From: Thermoplasmata archaeon
Lineage (GTDB): Archaea; Thermoplasmatota; Thermoplasmata; Lutacidiplasmatales; UBA184
Assembly (NCBI GenBank): GCA_030037875.1
Contig: JASHPV010000089.1
Coordinates: 1 to 61,108 of the forward strand
Length of the DNA: 61,108 nucleotides
Reading direction: 5' to 3'
Shown: positions 35,246-44,249 of the stretch, piece after piece
Numbering within the stretch: the stretch's first letter is position 1
Layout: every line of letters starts with the position of its first letter
Program-made: the position numbers and the translations under genes
Notes under the pieces: model-generated
Databases searched by the model: none
The model's input: only the letters and a program-made list of their open reading frames with translations
Told to the model about the DNA's origin: nothing

Positions 35246-35329
35246 GGCGCGATGGGGATTCCCGGGTTGCGTAAAGCATCACGTCAACCCCGGCTGACCC
35301 TTCGACCCGGCAGGCCCTTCCGCCAAAGT

Positions 35330-35349
35330 GTCGCGATGTCAGTCGCGAT
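35330..35349. repeat. Tandem GTCGCGAT-N4-GTCGCGAT (each contains palindromic TCGCGA)
   Basis: Copies at 35330-35337 and 35342-35349 in the ilvE/dps divergent spacer, 50-70 nt upstream of ATG 35399. Confidence 0.5.
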
Positions 35350-35398
35350 TGACGGCCGGTTCATGCCCTCGTTGGAGGTCCCCCGGCCGGGGTCGCTC

Positions 35399-35932
35399 AT
35401 GGAGTCCCATCATCCTTCCCAGCTCGTCGCGTACCTTCGGCACGAACAGGCGAATGCAGTACAGCTCTACCTCCAGTACAAGGGGTATCACTGGAACGTG
35501 AGGGGACCGCAGTTCCATGACCTGCACGTGATGTTCGACGAGCACGCGAAGCTCGTGCTCGACACGATCGACCCGCTCGCGGAGCGGCAGCGAATCCTCG
35601 GCGCCCCGGCCCACTACGACCTCGATGCCCTCGGCCGGTCCTCCCAGCTCGCCGTCGACGTCCAGCTACCCGGCACGGGGAAGGATATGATAGAACACCT
35701 CGCGGAATCCCACCGCCACATTATTCGAGACCTCAAGGCGGGCTTCGAACTGAGCACCGAGCTCCATGACCCGGGAACCGCGGACCTCCTCACTCGGTGC
35801 TTGGTAGTCCACGAGAAGTTGGAATGGTTCCTCCGGGAACTGCTCGAGAGCCGGGTGGACACGCTCGGAGAACTCAACGTGGGTCCGATGGTCATCCGAG
35901 GACACGGGCCGATCCAGACCGGGGTGGCCTGA
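35399..35932 (+). CDS. dps: Dps-family DNA-protecting/ferritin-like protein
   Basis: QLYLQYKGYHWNVRGPQFHDLHVMFDEH is the Dps ferroxidase signature. Alternative in-frame ATGs at 35336 and 35363. The track start at 35072 overlaps ilvE. Confidence 0.85.
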   Translation: MESHHPSQLVAYLRHEQANAVQLYLQYKGYHWNVRGPQFHDLHVMFDEHAKLVLDTIDPLAERQRILGAPAHYDLDALGRSSQLAVDVQLPGTGKDMIEHLAESHRHIIRDLKAGFELSTELHDPGTADLLTRCLVVHEKLEWFLRELLESRVDTLGELNVGPMVIRGHGPIQTGVA

Positions 35933-36104
35933 ACCGACGGCGTTCTCTTCGCGGGCCCGGCCGGGATCGAAATGGGAGTACCGGGAGTTGCCGACCTCCC
36001 GCCGGGGACCAGGGGGACCCCCGCCTAGGCTCGGGAAAACGTCGTTCTCCGCCGTGCCGCCAAGGGTTTAATGGACCGTCTCGAGTCGATTGGCTCACGT
36101 GTCA

Positions 36105-36953
36105 ATGGATCCGCAGCTAACGCCGTCCCTGAGTTCCAGATTTGACATCAAGGCGGTCACCGAGCTCGGGGAAGCCCGCCAGCTGGTCTTCGGCGATCTG
36201 TCGGACTGCTTCAATCCGTTCCTTCCCCGTTTCGTGCGGGAAGCGCTCCTGGGGGGAGGAGAGGTCTGGGTCTCGAGGGAGGATTCGGTCGTCGACGGAC
36301 TTCTCCTGTACAATGTCATCGAAAGGGTGGGCTCCATCTTCACCCGCGATGCCCGAGTGGCGCGGAGACTGTTCGACGTCAAGGCCGCGGGCGCCTTCTT
36401 CTCCGAGTTCTCGCTCAGTACGAAGACCGAAATTTACCCCGTCTTTGCGGTCGAACCGACGGAGGGAGCGGACACCCACCCTTTCGCTCACCCGGTTCGG
36501 ATGGCCCGGAGGTCGGAGCAACCGGCGATCATCCGAATGCTGAACGAGATGTACGGTCCCATCGACACACGGTGGCTGCAGATCGCCTCGCGCGAGGAGG
36601 AAAGATGCTTCGTGGTCGACGTCGCAGGGGAAATCGCTGGCGTCGGATGGGTTTCGGTCGTGGGAGCCCACGGTCGCCTCCACTCCCTCTCGGTACGCCC
36701 CCATTACCGCCGAATCGGGATCGGCACGGACCTCTGGCATGCCCGGGTCCTGTGGGCGCAGAAGGCCGGAGGCCGCCGCGTGATCTCCGAGATTTCGGAG
36801 CTCAACGTGGCCTCCCTTGCTATCGCCCGTGCCGGCGGGATGCGCCGGATCGGCCAGCAGTTCCTTTCCCACAATTCGGCGGGAGGACCTATCCCGGTCT
36901 CACCCTTGGGGAGCCCCGCAGAACGGGCAGACCTTGTCGGTCACGTCGATTAG
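36105..36953 (+). CDS. GNAT-domain acetyltransferase with unrecognised N-terminal domain
   Basis: C-terminal LSVRPHYRRIGIGTDLWHARVLWAQKAGG is a GNAT motif A. ATG at 36105 (TTG at 36090 is possible). Confidence 0.7.
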   Translation: MDPQLTPSLSSRFDIKAVTELGEARQLVFGDLSDCFNPFLPRFVREALLGGGEVWVSREDSVVDGLLLYNVIERVGSIFTRDARVARRLFDVKAAGAFFSEFSLSTKTEIYPVFAVEPTEGADTHPFAHPVRMARRSEQPAIIRMLNEMYGPIDTRWLQIASREEERCFVVDVAGEIAGVGWVSVVGAHGRLHSLSVRPHYRRIGIGTDLWHARVLWAQKAGGRRVISEISELNVASLAIARAGGMRRIGQQFLSHNSAGGPIPVSPLGSPAERADLVGHVD

Positions 36954-37949
36954 GTTCCCGCAGTATCGGCATTTCACTTTGACGGTTTCGCGCAGCACCA
37001 CCTGAGGTACCGGCTGTCCCGGGGGCGTCAGGTTGATCGGGGGCGGGCCCCCCATCGCGGCGAACGGGGGCGGGGGAGGGACCCCGTATCCGATGTTCCC
37101 CGGGGCGGCGTGCTGGGGAAGCCGCTTCGGCCGGTTCCGGGAGCGGAGCACGAGCCAGATCACGAGGACGATGATCAGCAAGAAGACGACGAGCCCGATC
37201 ACGAGAGCCCAAGGGAACGGCGTCGACGGCGGAGGCGCTTGGGCGGGCGTGAGAGCGTACGTGGTACCCGTGACGTAGAGCGTGTCGGTCCACGTAAATC
37301 CATCGCCGGTACTCGAGTTGAGATCGTGCTCGGTGTACAGGTATCCGACGATGTAACCGGTGGCCGGGTCGAAGTAGGACTGCCACGTGTAGGTGGCGTT
37401 GAAAATGCCGTACGCGTCGTCCCGCTCGTAGCTCCCGGTGCCCCGGGCCTCGATCGTGGCGACGTACCCGGTACCGGGGAGGTCGTAGGCGTAATCCCTG
37501 GAGACGACGCTCATCTCCGTGTTGAGGAGGTAGAACGTGTCCCCGGGGCTGAACGAGTTGTTCATGTAGAACCAGACGTACGGGTTCGTGTAGCCGGTTT
37601 GATTATCGGTCCCCTTCACGTAGAGGAACGAGTTCGCGGAGAACGTGAAGTTCCCCGACGCACCACCGGTCTCGTGCGAGCCGGTGTTGTTGCTCCACGA
37701 CCAAGCGTTCTCGAAGGAGGCCGATTCGGTCCCGTTCGGCAGTACCCCGGTCACCCCGACCGTGCCGTTCAGGTACGTGTTCTCGGTATAGCCCGAGTAG
37801 TCGTAGCCCGTCCCGTCGTTCAGCACGATGGTCTCGTAGTAGTAGAACCGGTCGCCGGACCGGGGGACGTAGTGGCCGCCCGCCCCGGCCGCGCTCGGAA
37901 GGCAGAGGAGGAGCACCAGTGCGAGGAGCCCCACGATCCGTGGGCTCAT
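36900..37949 (-). CDS. Type-I membrane protein: secreted Tyr/Thr/Asn-rich domain, TM helix, Pro-rich linker, C-terminal zinc ribbon
   Basis: ATG 37949 gives MSPRIVGLLALVLLLCLPSAAGAGG as a signal peptide. TM helix ALVIGLVVFLLIIVLVIWLVL. Ends CRYCGNLIDVTDKVCPFCG (CxxC-x10-CxxC). The ATGA overlap with the upstream gene supports this start. Confidence 0.65.
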   Translation of the reverse strand: MSPRIVGLLALVLLLCLPSAAGAGGHYVPRSGDRFYYYETIVLNDGTGYDYSGYTENTYLNGTVGVTGVLPNGTESASFENAWSWSNNTGSHETGGASGNFTFSANSFLYVKGTDNQTGYTNPYVWFYMNNSFSPGDTFYLLNTEMSVVSRDYAYDLPGTGYVATIEARGTGSYERDDAYGIFNATYTWQSYFDPATGYIVGYLYTEHDLNSSTGDGFTWTDTLYVTGTTYALTPAQAPPPSTPFPWALVIGLVVFLLIIVLVIWLVLRSRNRPKRLPQHAAPGNIGYGVPPPPPFAAMGGPPPINLTPPGQPVPQVVLRETVKVKCRYCGNLIDVTDKVCPFCGAPQG

Positions 37950-39481
37950 CCCACGAACCCTCCCATCGCGTGGGCGTGGGCCGGATGGGCGCCTCCGAAC
38001 CCGCTGTAGGTCGAGAAGTACGCCCCGTGCCCGACAAAGACCGGCACGAAGAAGAACCACATCCCGGGCATGTAGTGGAAGTTCACCGGCGGAGCCGGGA
38101 CGGCCTTGCCCGTCGTGTCGAGTCCGGTCACGGTCTCGGCCCGGATCCCGTGGATCATGCGCACGGCGAGGGTGATCAACTCCGGTTGGGACATCATCAT
38201 CGCCCGCTTTCCCAGAATGTCGTAGGCCTGCTCGAGCAGTCCGAGCGTCTCGTTGGCCTCGAGGACCGGGATCGAGGCAAGGATCGCGGCGGCGACCAAC
38301 GGGTACTGAAGGTACGCGCCTAACCCTCGGGTCAGGACCGCCAGCTTCGGGCTAAGACCGTCCATCGGCATATCGGACACGGCAAGGTACGCCGACGAGA
38401 GCTCGACGTCCTCGGAGGGGGCGAACCCCCATCCCCCGAACATGGAGCGGAGCCCGGTGAACCGGGCCCCGATCTCATCGAGGGGTCGGTTCACGATCGC
38501 CATCAGGGCCGCCGACTCGTACGAGGGGGTCGCGTGGAGCCAGGTCGCGAGGTTGTCGGTGGCGAACGTGCCGTCGCCGCGTTGACCGAGCAGGATGATC
38601 GAGGAGACCCCCAGGGAAGATTCCTTGGCCACTCCGAGGGACCTCACCTGAGCGTCGAGCTGTTTCAACAGGGGGAGGCTGTCGCCGATGCTGCGGGACG
38701 ACGCGGTCAGGATCTCCGCCGACATGAGCCGGTTCTCGTCGTTGTGCGCGAGGTCGCGAAGGCCATTGTACGCGTCCAGGAATCCTTGGGCGCCTTTCTG
38801 GAGGTCGCTTTCCCGTTTCGCGAGACCGATCGAGATCGCCCACAGGTACGTTCGGTCGGCGGAGGCGAGCGGTTCCACCAGGAGCGAGAAGTACTGGGCG
38901 CCCAGGTTCGCGATATCGTTCAGTTCCCGATCGACCTCCTGGGTTTGGCCCATGTACGAGGCGAACGGCAGATCGGAGACCCGGTAGAGCCGGGTTCCGA
39001 GGTCCCGTAGGGAGAGGGCGCCGAGACTCGTCAGGCCGACGTACCCGTCTCCGTACGGGGTGAGGCTATCGAGCAGCGCCCGCTTCCCCATGTTCTGGTC
39101 GTACTCCTTCTCTTCCGCTGCGAGGTCGCTGTCGGCCGCTTGGAGAGCGGCCTGGTCCTGGGCCTGTTTCTGCAAGTCCGTGGCCTGCTTGTCCTTCGCT
39201 TCGAAATGGAAGAGGATCGAGTGGGACTTTTCGACCTCCTGCCCCAATTGGTTGGCGAGCTGCGCCCGGGCCGCGGCCTTCGCGGCAATGTCCTGCTGGG
39301 CGGGGAGCAGCTGTTGAACGTCTTGCGCGAGTTGGGCATACTGGGCGGCGCCCACGACCTGGAGCAGGCTGAGCTGCTGCAGCGACGTGATGTCCGCCGG
39401 AGGCAGGCTCGCGGTGACCGACCGGTTGCTTACCTGGGTCATGAACGTGTACACGTCCTGACAGTTCGCCATGCTACGCAT
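37946..39481 (-). CDS. Hypothetical protein: N-terminal coiled coil + helical repeats + hydrophobic Gly/His tail
   Basis: 511-aa ORF overlapping its neighbours by 8 and 4 nt. Residues from about 30 to 135 are Q/A/L/D/K-rich heptad-like. No recognised motif. Confidence 0.65.
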   Translation of the reverse strand: MRSMANCQDVYTFMTQVSNRSVTASLPPADITSLQQLSLLQVVGAAQYAQLAQDVQQLLPAQQDIAAKAAARAQLANQLGQEVEKSHSILFHFEAKDKQATDLQKQAQDQAALQAADSDLAAEEKEYDQNMGKRALLDSLTPYGDGYVGLTSLGALSLRDLGTRLYRVSDLPFASYMGQTQEVDRELNDIANLGAQYFSLLVEPLASADRTYLWAISIGLAKRESDLQKGAQGFLDAYNGLRDLAHNDENRLMSAEILTASSRSIGDSLPLLKQLDAQVRSLGVAKESSLGVSSIILLGQRGDGTFATDNLATWLHATPSYESAALMAIVNRPLDEIGARFTGLRSMFGGWGFAPSEDVELSSAYLAVSDMPMDGLSPKLAVLTRGLGAYLQYPLVAAAILASIPVLEANETLGLLEQAYDILGKRAMMMSQPELITLAVRMIHGIRAETVTGLDTTGKAVPAPPVNFHYMPGMWFFFVPVFVGHGAYFSTYSGFGGAHPAHAHAMGGFVG

Positions 39482-40709
39482 CGACCGCCCGGAATTTTGT
39501 ATAAAAGAATTCCTCTTCGCAGCGGTTCTGGATGAGCAGGTCCAGACTCCCGTGGAGGTTCTGGACCTCGACGAAAGGGTCGGCCTTCAGCGCCTCCCGG
39601 AGCACGCCCTCGAAATGTCCCTTCCGACTGGCCGAGACTCCGAACCGTCGGCGCCGTTCCCCTTCGATTTGTTCGTACGCGAACGTGAGCTCGTAGAGGG
39701 ACCGATGGACTTGGTCCTCGATCTTCTCCCGCACCATATCCCGATCGAGGGCTCGCTCCACGATCCCCTCCAGGTCGACGAAGTACGCGGACCCGTTCGG
39801 AGCGAGCACAGCGTCCTTGTCCAGCCACACATCGTCGAAATCTAGGCCCACGTATTTTCCTCGGGACGAATCGAAGGCCATCGTACGCGCGAAGAGGGTC
39901 AGCATCGCCACCGTGCTGCGGACGAAATTGGTCTCGAACTGGAGAGCCCGGGCTTCGGAGTCGATACCGAAGAGCTCGAAGATGTGGCGGATGTTGTGCC
40001 CGACCGTGCTTTTCCCGTGGAAGTAGATCCGTACGTTGGAGGGCACGAGTCGCAGTTCCTGCACGAAGCGTCCGCCATACTTCCGGTACCAATGGATGCT
40101 CCGCAGCCGCTCTTCGAGCGATTCCGGCAACAGGCAGATCTTGACGACCGGTGCGATAAGGAAGCCGGCCACCGAGGTGAGGTCGGCGCGCTCCGAGACG
40201 TGGAGGGCCGTCGAGGCATGGTCCAGGCCCTGGCCCCCGTACGGCGAGCCGCGAAGCCAGACCTCCCCGGTAATGATGCGGTCTGTGGGCGCCGCGGGCT
40301 CGCGCCGCAATCGCCCCCGCACTTCCGGGTCATCCGAGAGTTCCGCAGCGTAGAAGCGGTCCAGGGCTCGCCAAGAGTAGGGGTCGATCGTCGAGCCGAT
40401 ACCCTTGACCGATAGGAAAAACGGAGTTCCATCCAGGGTCACGATCGATTCTGGAAATATCGCCCCCCGGTTGTCGTCCTCGACGAACTCCCGTCTGTCG
40501 ATTGGCGGCTCGTCCATTAGGCCGGTCATGGCGCAGGGGAGGTAGAACCGCTCCAGCCGCGTCAGGTCAAAGGTCTGGAACCGCGGATTGGTAATGCAGT
40601 GGGCCGGGTACGCGGCCAGCTCCACGGGCATTCCGGTGAGTTTCGGCGGTTCGGTGCCCGCTGTAGGAGGCGCAGGCAACGGGGGATGAGGGGCGGTTCG
40701 AGCCGACAT
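39474..40709 (-). CDS. Hypothetical cytosolic protein with weak kinase-like/ATP-grasp-like strings
   Basis: 411-aa ORF with coding-like composition. FFLSVKGIGS, RGSPYGGQG, DFDDVWLDKDAVLAPNGSAYFVDLEG. Family not recognised. Confidence 0.65.
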   Translation of the reverse strand: MSARTAPHPPLPAPPTAGTEPPKLTGMPVELAAYPAHCITNPRFQTFDLTRLERFYLPCAMTGLMDEPPIDRREFVEDDNRGAIFPESIVTLDGTPFFLSVKGIGSTIDPYSWRALDRFYAAELSDDPEVRGRLRREPAAPTDRIITGEVWLRGSPYGGQGLDHASTALHVSERADLTSVAGFLIAPVVKICLLPESLEERLRSIHWYRKYGGRFVQELRLVPSNVRIYFHGKSTVGHNIRHIFELFGIDSEARALQFETNFVRSTVAMLTLFARTMAFDSSRGKYVGLDFDDVWLDKDAVLAPNGSAYFVDLEGIVERALDRDMVREKIEDQVHRSLYELTFAYEQIEGERRRRFGVSASRKGHFEGVLREALKADPFVEVQNLHGSLDLLIQNRCEEEFFYTKFRAVDA

Positions 40710-40716
40710 CGAAATC

Positions 40717-41793
40717 CTACTTGGCGTAGTACGCCGCGACGGCGCGAAACGCCTCCTTCGGTTCCCACGGCACGTCGGGATACGTCGACCCGTGACCGTG
40801 CTCCAGGGTTTTGACCAGACTGAGCGCCGACATGTCTAGGTCGTAGTACGGTTCCTCGGAGTACGGCGAGATGGGGTCTACGAATGTGTCGATGAAAACA
40901 CCATCGACCCCCGCGCGGTCGAGGAGTTCCAGCACGGAGGTGAGTTGACGGGCCTGGGCCCCCTCGTCGCGGACGTGGGCGCCCGGCTTGAGGTGCGGCC
41001 GAACGAGACGGCCCACGACCGGCAGACTGTGCCAGAACTGTGATGCCGGGTCGCCGATCCCGAATCCTAGCGTACCAGTGGAGTGGGCACCCTGGTAAGC
41101 ACGGGAACCAGTCCCGGTCACCACGACCGGTTTTCCGGCGGCGAAGAAGGGCTGGAGCATTTCGATAAATCGGTCCCGGACCCGCTCATCCCAATAGTGA
41201 TCGACGCCGACGAGATCGAACGGTGTCCAATCCACCCCTTCCCACGGCAAGGCGGCGTACGCGACCGGGCCTTGAAAGACGCGGCGAGTTGCCGCGCTTG
41301 CCTCTGCGAGGAATGCGTTGAGCGCGGGACCCCGGCTTCCGGTCCGGATGATGTGGCGGAGAGAGGGATTGTGGAGGCGTTGCAGTAGCGTGCGACCGGG
41401 CAGGATTCCGTTCATGAAGAGCATCAGCTCCTGCCCGACGCAGTACACGAGTTTCCCGCTCGACCTTTGCCGAACCCTCTCCGCGACCTGAGCGGCCCGG
41501 GTGATGTACGAAAGGGTCTCGGACGGGGGCCTATTGAAAAGGGCAGGAGAAAACCAAACCTCGAGACCTAGTTCCAAGGCATAGGACGCGGCCCCCGCGA
41601 TCCGATCGGTGTCGTAGCCAACGACCTTGATTGCGGTACAGTGGAGGTCCCGCTGCACCGTCTCTAGCTCCCGCCGCACGACGTCGTCGACGAAACGCGG
41701 TCGCGTCGATATGCCCAGCGCGTACCGAGTACCGACGTCGTAGGAAACTCCCTTCAATCTCATGAACGCCAGCGCCAGAGCAGGTCTTGCCAT
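40717..41793 (-). CDS. Hypothetical protein, possibly (beta/alpha)8 glycosidase-like
   Basis: MRLKGVSYDVG..., CVGQELMLF, alternating beta/alpha-like pattern. No clear nucleophile. The start is ATG 41793 or ATG 41763 (ATAAAT box overlapping the 41793 ATG, about 28-33 nt upstream of 41763). Confidence 0.5.
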   Translation of the reverse strand: MARPALALAFMRLKGVSYDVGTRYALGISTRPRFVDDVVRRELETVQRDLHCTAIKVVGYDTDRIAGAASYALELGLEVWFSPALFNRPPSETLSYITRAAQVAERVRQRSSGKLVYCVGQELMLFMNGILPGRTLLQRLHNPSLRHIIRTGSRGPALNAFLAEASAATRRVFQGPVAYAALPWEGVDWTPFDLVGVDHYWDERVRDRFIEMLQPFFAAGKPVVVTGTGSRAYQGAHSTGTLGFGIGDPASQFWHSLPVVGRLVRPHLKPGAHVRDEGAQARQLTSVLELLDRAGVDGVFIDTFVDPISPYSEEPYYDLDMSALSLVKTLEHGHGSTYPDVPWEPKEAFRAVAAYYAK

Positions 41794-42034
41794 TTATCCC
41801 ATCGAGGGTTTCGATCCGGTGGGAGGAGTGCGAGATCACGGAGACAGAGGAACCGGTGTGTTTCTCCTGCCTACGGTATGGATTTCCCGCCGGCACGATG
41901 GGGCCCCCTCGTCTTCGAGTGGTCTCTCGTTCACGTGACGCGCAAGCTCGCCGGGAACTGTCCCACGTCCTTGAGGGTGTCGATAGAACATCTAAAGTTC
42001 AGTTTCCTCTCGAACCCCCGGTTGCGATGAGGTC

Positions 42035-43006
42035 ATGAGCCTCGCTCCGGTCCCGATCGCATCGGCCGCCGTGCCGGCAGAACCTGAGCCGGTCATTTCC
42101 GTCCAACATCTCGTCAAGCGGTATGGCGACGTAGTGGCAGTCGACGATGTTTCATTTTCGATCCGTAAGGGAGAGATTTTCGGGATAGTCGGGCCGAACG
42201 GGGCGGGTAAGACTACCACGGTGGAGTGCATCTCAGGTCTACGGGTTCCGGATTCCGGTCGGATCCTCGTAGAGGGATTTTCTCCGCGGACGGATCGCGA
42301 CAAGATACGACAATTCGTGGGAGTCCAACTCCAGGATTGCGCGCTGCCGCCCCGCATCACGGTGGGTGAAGCGGTCGGACTGTTCGCCTCCTTCTATCGC
42401 GACCCGCTGAATGCGGACGAGCTGCTCGAATCGCTGGGGATCCGAACGATCGAGGAAAAGCAGTTCCGAACGTTATCCGGGGGCCAGAAGCAGAGGCTCT
42501 CCATCGCGCTGGCGCTGGTCGGGAATCCGACGATAGCCGTCCTGGACGAGCTGACCACCGGGCTCGACCCGGAGGCTCGGCGGGAAACCTGGGGCCTCAT
42601 CGAACGAATCCGAGACCGTGGTGTCACGGTCGTACTCGTGACCCACTTTATGGACGAGGCGGAGCGACTTTGCGACCGGATCGCCCTCATTGATCACGGG
42701 ATCGTTCGGGCATTGGACACTCCAGAGGCGATCGCGGCGCGCGCGGGAGGATTCCGGGTCCGATTCGTTCCGTCGGCTCCCGTCGACGATCAGACACTTC
42801 GGGCGATTCCGGGGGTGGAATCGATTGAAAGAAAAGACAAGTACGTCACTGTCAGGGGCACGGGGGACCTAGCGGCCTCGGTTGTCGACGCGCTGGCGAA
42901 AGCCGGCATTCGCGTTACCGAACTCGAGGCCCGGGGAGGGAGCCTCGACGATGCCTTCGTCATGCTGACCCGGGAGACCGGTCCCATGGGGCGTGACCGG
43001 GCTTGA
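42035..43006 (+). CDS. ABC transporter ATP-binding protein (ABC-2/DrrA-like)
   Basis: Walker A GPNGAGKTT, signature LSGGQKQRLSIA, Walker B VLDELTTGLD. GAGGT sits 4 nt before the ATG. Confidence 0.9.
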   Translation: MSLAPVPIASAAVPAEPEPVISVQHLVKRYGDVVAVDDVSFSIRKGEIFGIVGPNGAGKTTTVECISGLRVPDSGRILVEGFSPRTDRDKIRQFVGVQLQDCALPPRITVGEAVGLFASFYRDPLNADELLESLGIRTIEEKQFRTLSGGQKQRLSIALALVGNPTIAVLDELTTGLDPEARRETWGLIERIRDRGVTVVLVTHFMDEAERLCDRIALIDHGIVRALDTPEAIAARAGGFRVRFVPSAPVDDQTLRAIPGVESIERKDKYVTVRGTGDLAASVVDALAKAGIRVTELEARGGSLDDAFVMLTRETGPMGRDRA

Positions 43007-43779
43007 CGTCGGTTTCGGATTCCGCCCAGCCCCATGTCCGCAGCCGGGGGGCGTTTTCCGAACTGTTCAAGGTGCAGGGACGGCTCGCCCTAAGAGAACC
43101 GTATGGGGCCGTTGGACTCGCCTTACCCGTCGGCCTTCTCGTGGTCTTTTGGTACATCGGAACGCTGAATCCCGGGGAAGTGGGCAGTACCGGATTGACC
43201 ATCCTCGAACTCTGGATTCCCACCATTCTCGTGCTATCGTACACAGCGCTCGGCCTGATCGGGCTCCCGGCGGTCTTTGCCCGGGACCGGGAGATTGGTT
43301 GGCTCCGCCGAGTATCGACCACGCCGGTCCGGCCGTCCCGGTTGCTCGCCGTACAACTACTATTGAACGTCATCATCGCCGCGATAGCCACCGTCATCAT
43401 GATCGTGGTCGCGGTGACGCTCCTCGGCGCCCCGCTGACAATCGGTGTTGAGTTCGTGGGCGTCGCGATTCTTGCCATCGCCGAACTATTTTCGCTGGGC
43501 CTCGTAATCGCAGCGATCGCTCCAACGCAGCAGGCGGCGAGCTACATCGCGGGAGGGTTGTTCTTTCCCCTGTTGTTCTTCTCGGGTCTCTGGGTTCAAC
43601 CCGCCCAGGTCGGGGGCTCGTTGGCGACCATCATGTACTTCTCGCCGACGGGCGCGGCCGTACGGGCGCTTCTGTACTCGGTTTTCAATGCCACACCGCC
43701 GTACACGACCGTCGTGACCATGGCGGTGTACACCGTCATCTTTGCATTCCTGGCGGTCCGATTTTTCCGGTGGGAATAA
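43003..43779 (+). CDS. ABC-2 type transporter permease
   Basis: 6-TM-like 258-aa protein. 4-nt overlap with the ATPase gene. Confidence 0.8.
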   Translation: MTSVSDSAQPHVRSRGAFSELFKVQGRLALREPYGAVGLALPVGLLVVFWYIGTLNPGEVGSTGLTILELWIPTILVLSYTALGLIGLPAVFARDREIGWLRRVSTTPVRPSRLLAVQLLLNVIIAAIATVIMIVVAVTLLGAPLTIGVEFVGVAILAIAELFSLGLVIAAIAPTQQAASYIAGGLFFPLLFFSGLWVQPAQVGGSLATIMYFSPTGAAVRALLYSVFNATPPYTTVVTMAVYTVIFAFLAVRFFRWE

Positions 43780-43872
43780 TCGCTCGGGTCGGGGCGAGAA
43801 CGTCCCCTCGCGGGGGAATTCTTGCGTGGGTCGCCGGGTCAATTTAACCTGCCTCAATCTCGGCGCGCGGTC

Positions 43873-44080
43873 GAACGCCACCTGGCCGCGGTCGTGTTCA
43901 CGGACCTCGTCGGTCTCCCCGCGTCGGCGCGTTGCTCGAGGCGAGCCACCTCCCGACCTATCGCCTGGAAAGGCTGTCGGCGAGGAGCGAGCACGGTCAA
44001 GTCACCCCGTCGTGATGTGGATTTCATCCTCTTCGGGGGCCTGAAAAGCGAGAACAGGTTCGTGCTTGGGTCCTCGAAAG
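43873..44080 (+). pseudogene. Probable frameshifted 5' fragment of a class-III nucleotidyl (adenylate/guanylate) cyclase domain
   Basis: ERHLAAVVFTDLVG (frame a), then SPRVGALLEAS...SEHG (frame +2), then VKSPRRDVDFILFGG (frame a). This mirrors cyclase ERRLAxVLFxDxVGST....HGG.V.K.IGDxxMxxFG. The second half of the domain is absent. Confidence 0.35.
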
Positions 44081-44249
44081 TCGCCGTTCGGTCTGAGTCT
44101 CGCGAAGAGTCCTCTCAGGCGGGGCCGTTCCCCGCTCCACGGGGGGGTGGAGAACTGGGAGCCGGCGCTTAGGTAGGACAACCCGACGGCGTAATTCCTC
44201 ACGTCCCAGCCTAGTAATACTTCTCTCGTGCACGTTTATTCGGGACGGA

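Noticed and set aside
35072-35335. Upstream extension of the dps ORF (286-aa version)
   Set aside because: It overlaps the 5' part of ilvE on the opposite strand. Dps homology begins near residue 110 of that ORF.
43822-44172. 116-aa ORF as an intact gene in the 43780-44249 gap
   Set aside because: Only its first roughly 30 and middle roughly 15 residues look cyclase-like, and the rest is low-complexity. It is better explained as a frameshifted pseudogene fragment (reported as such).
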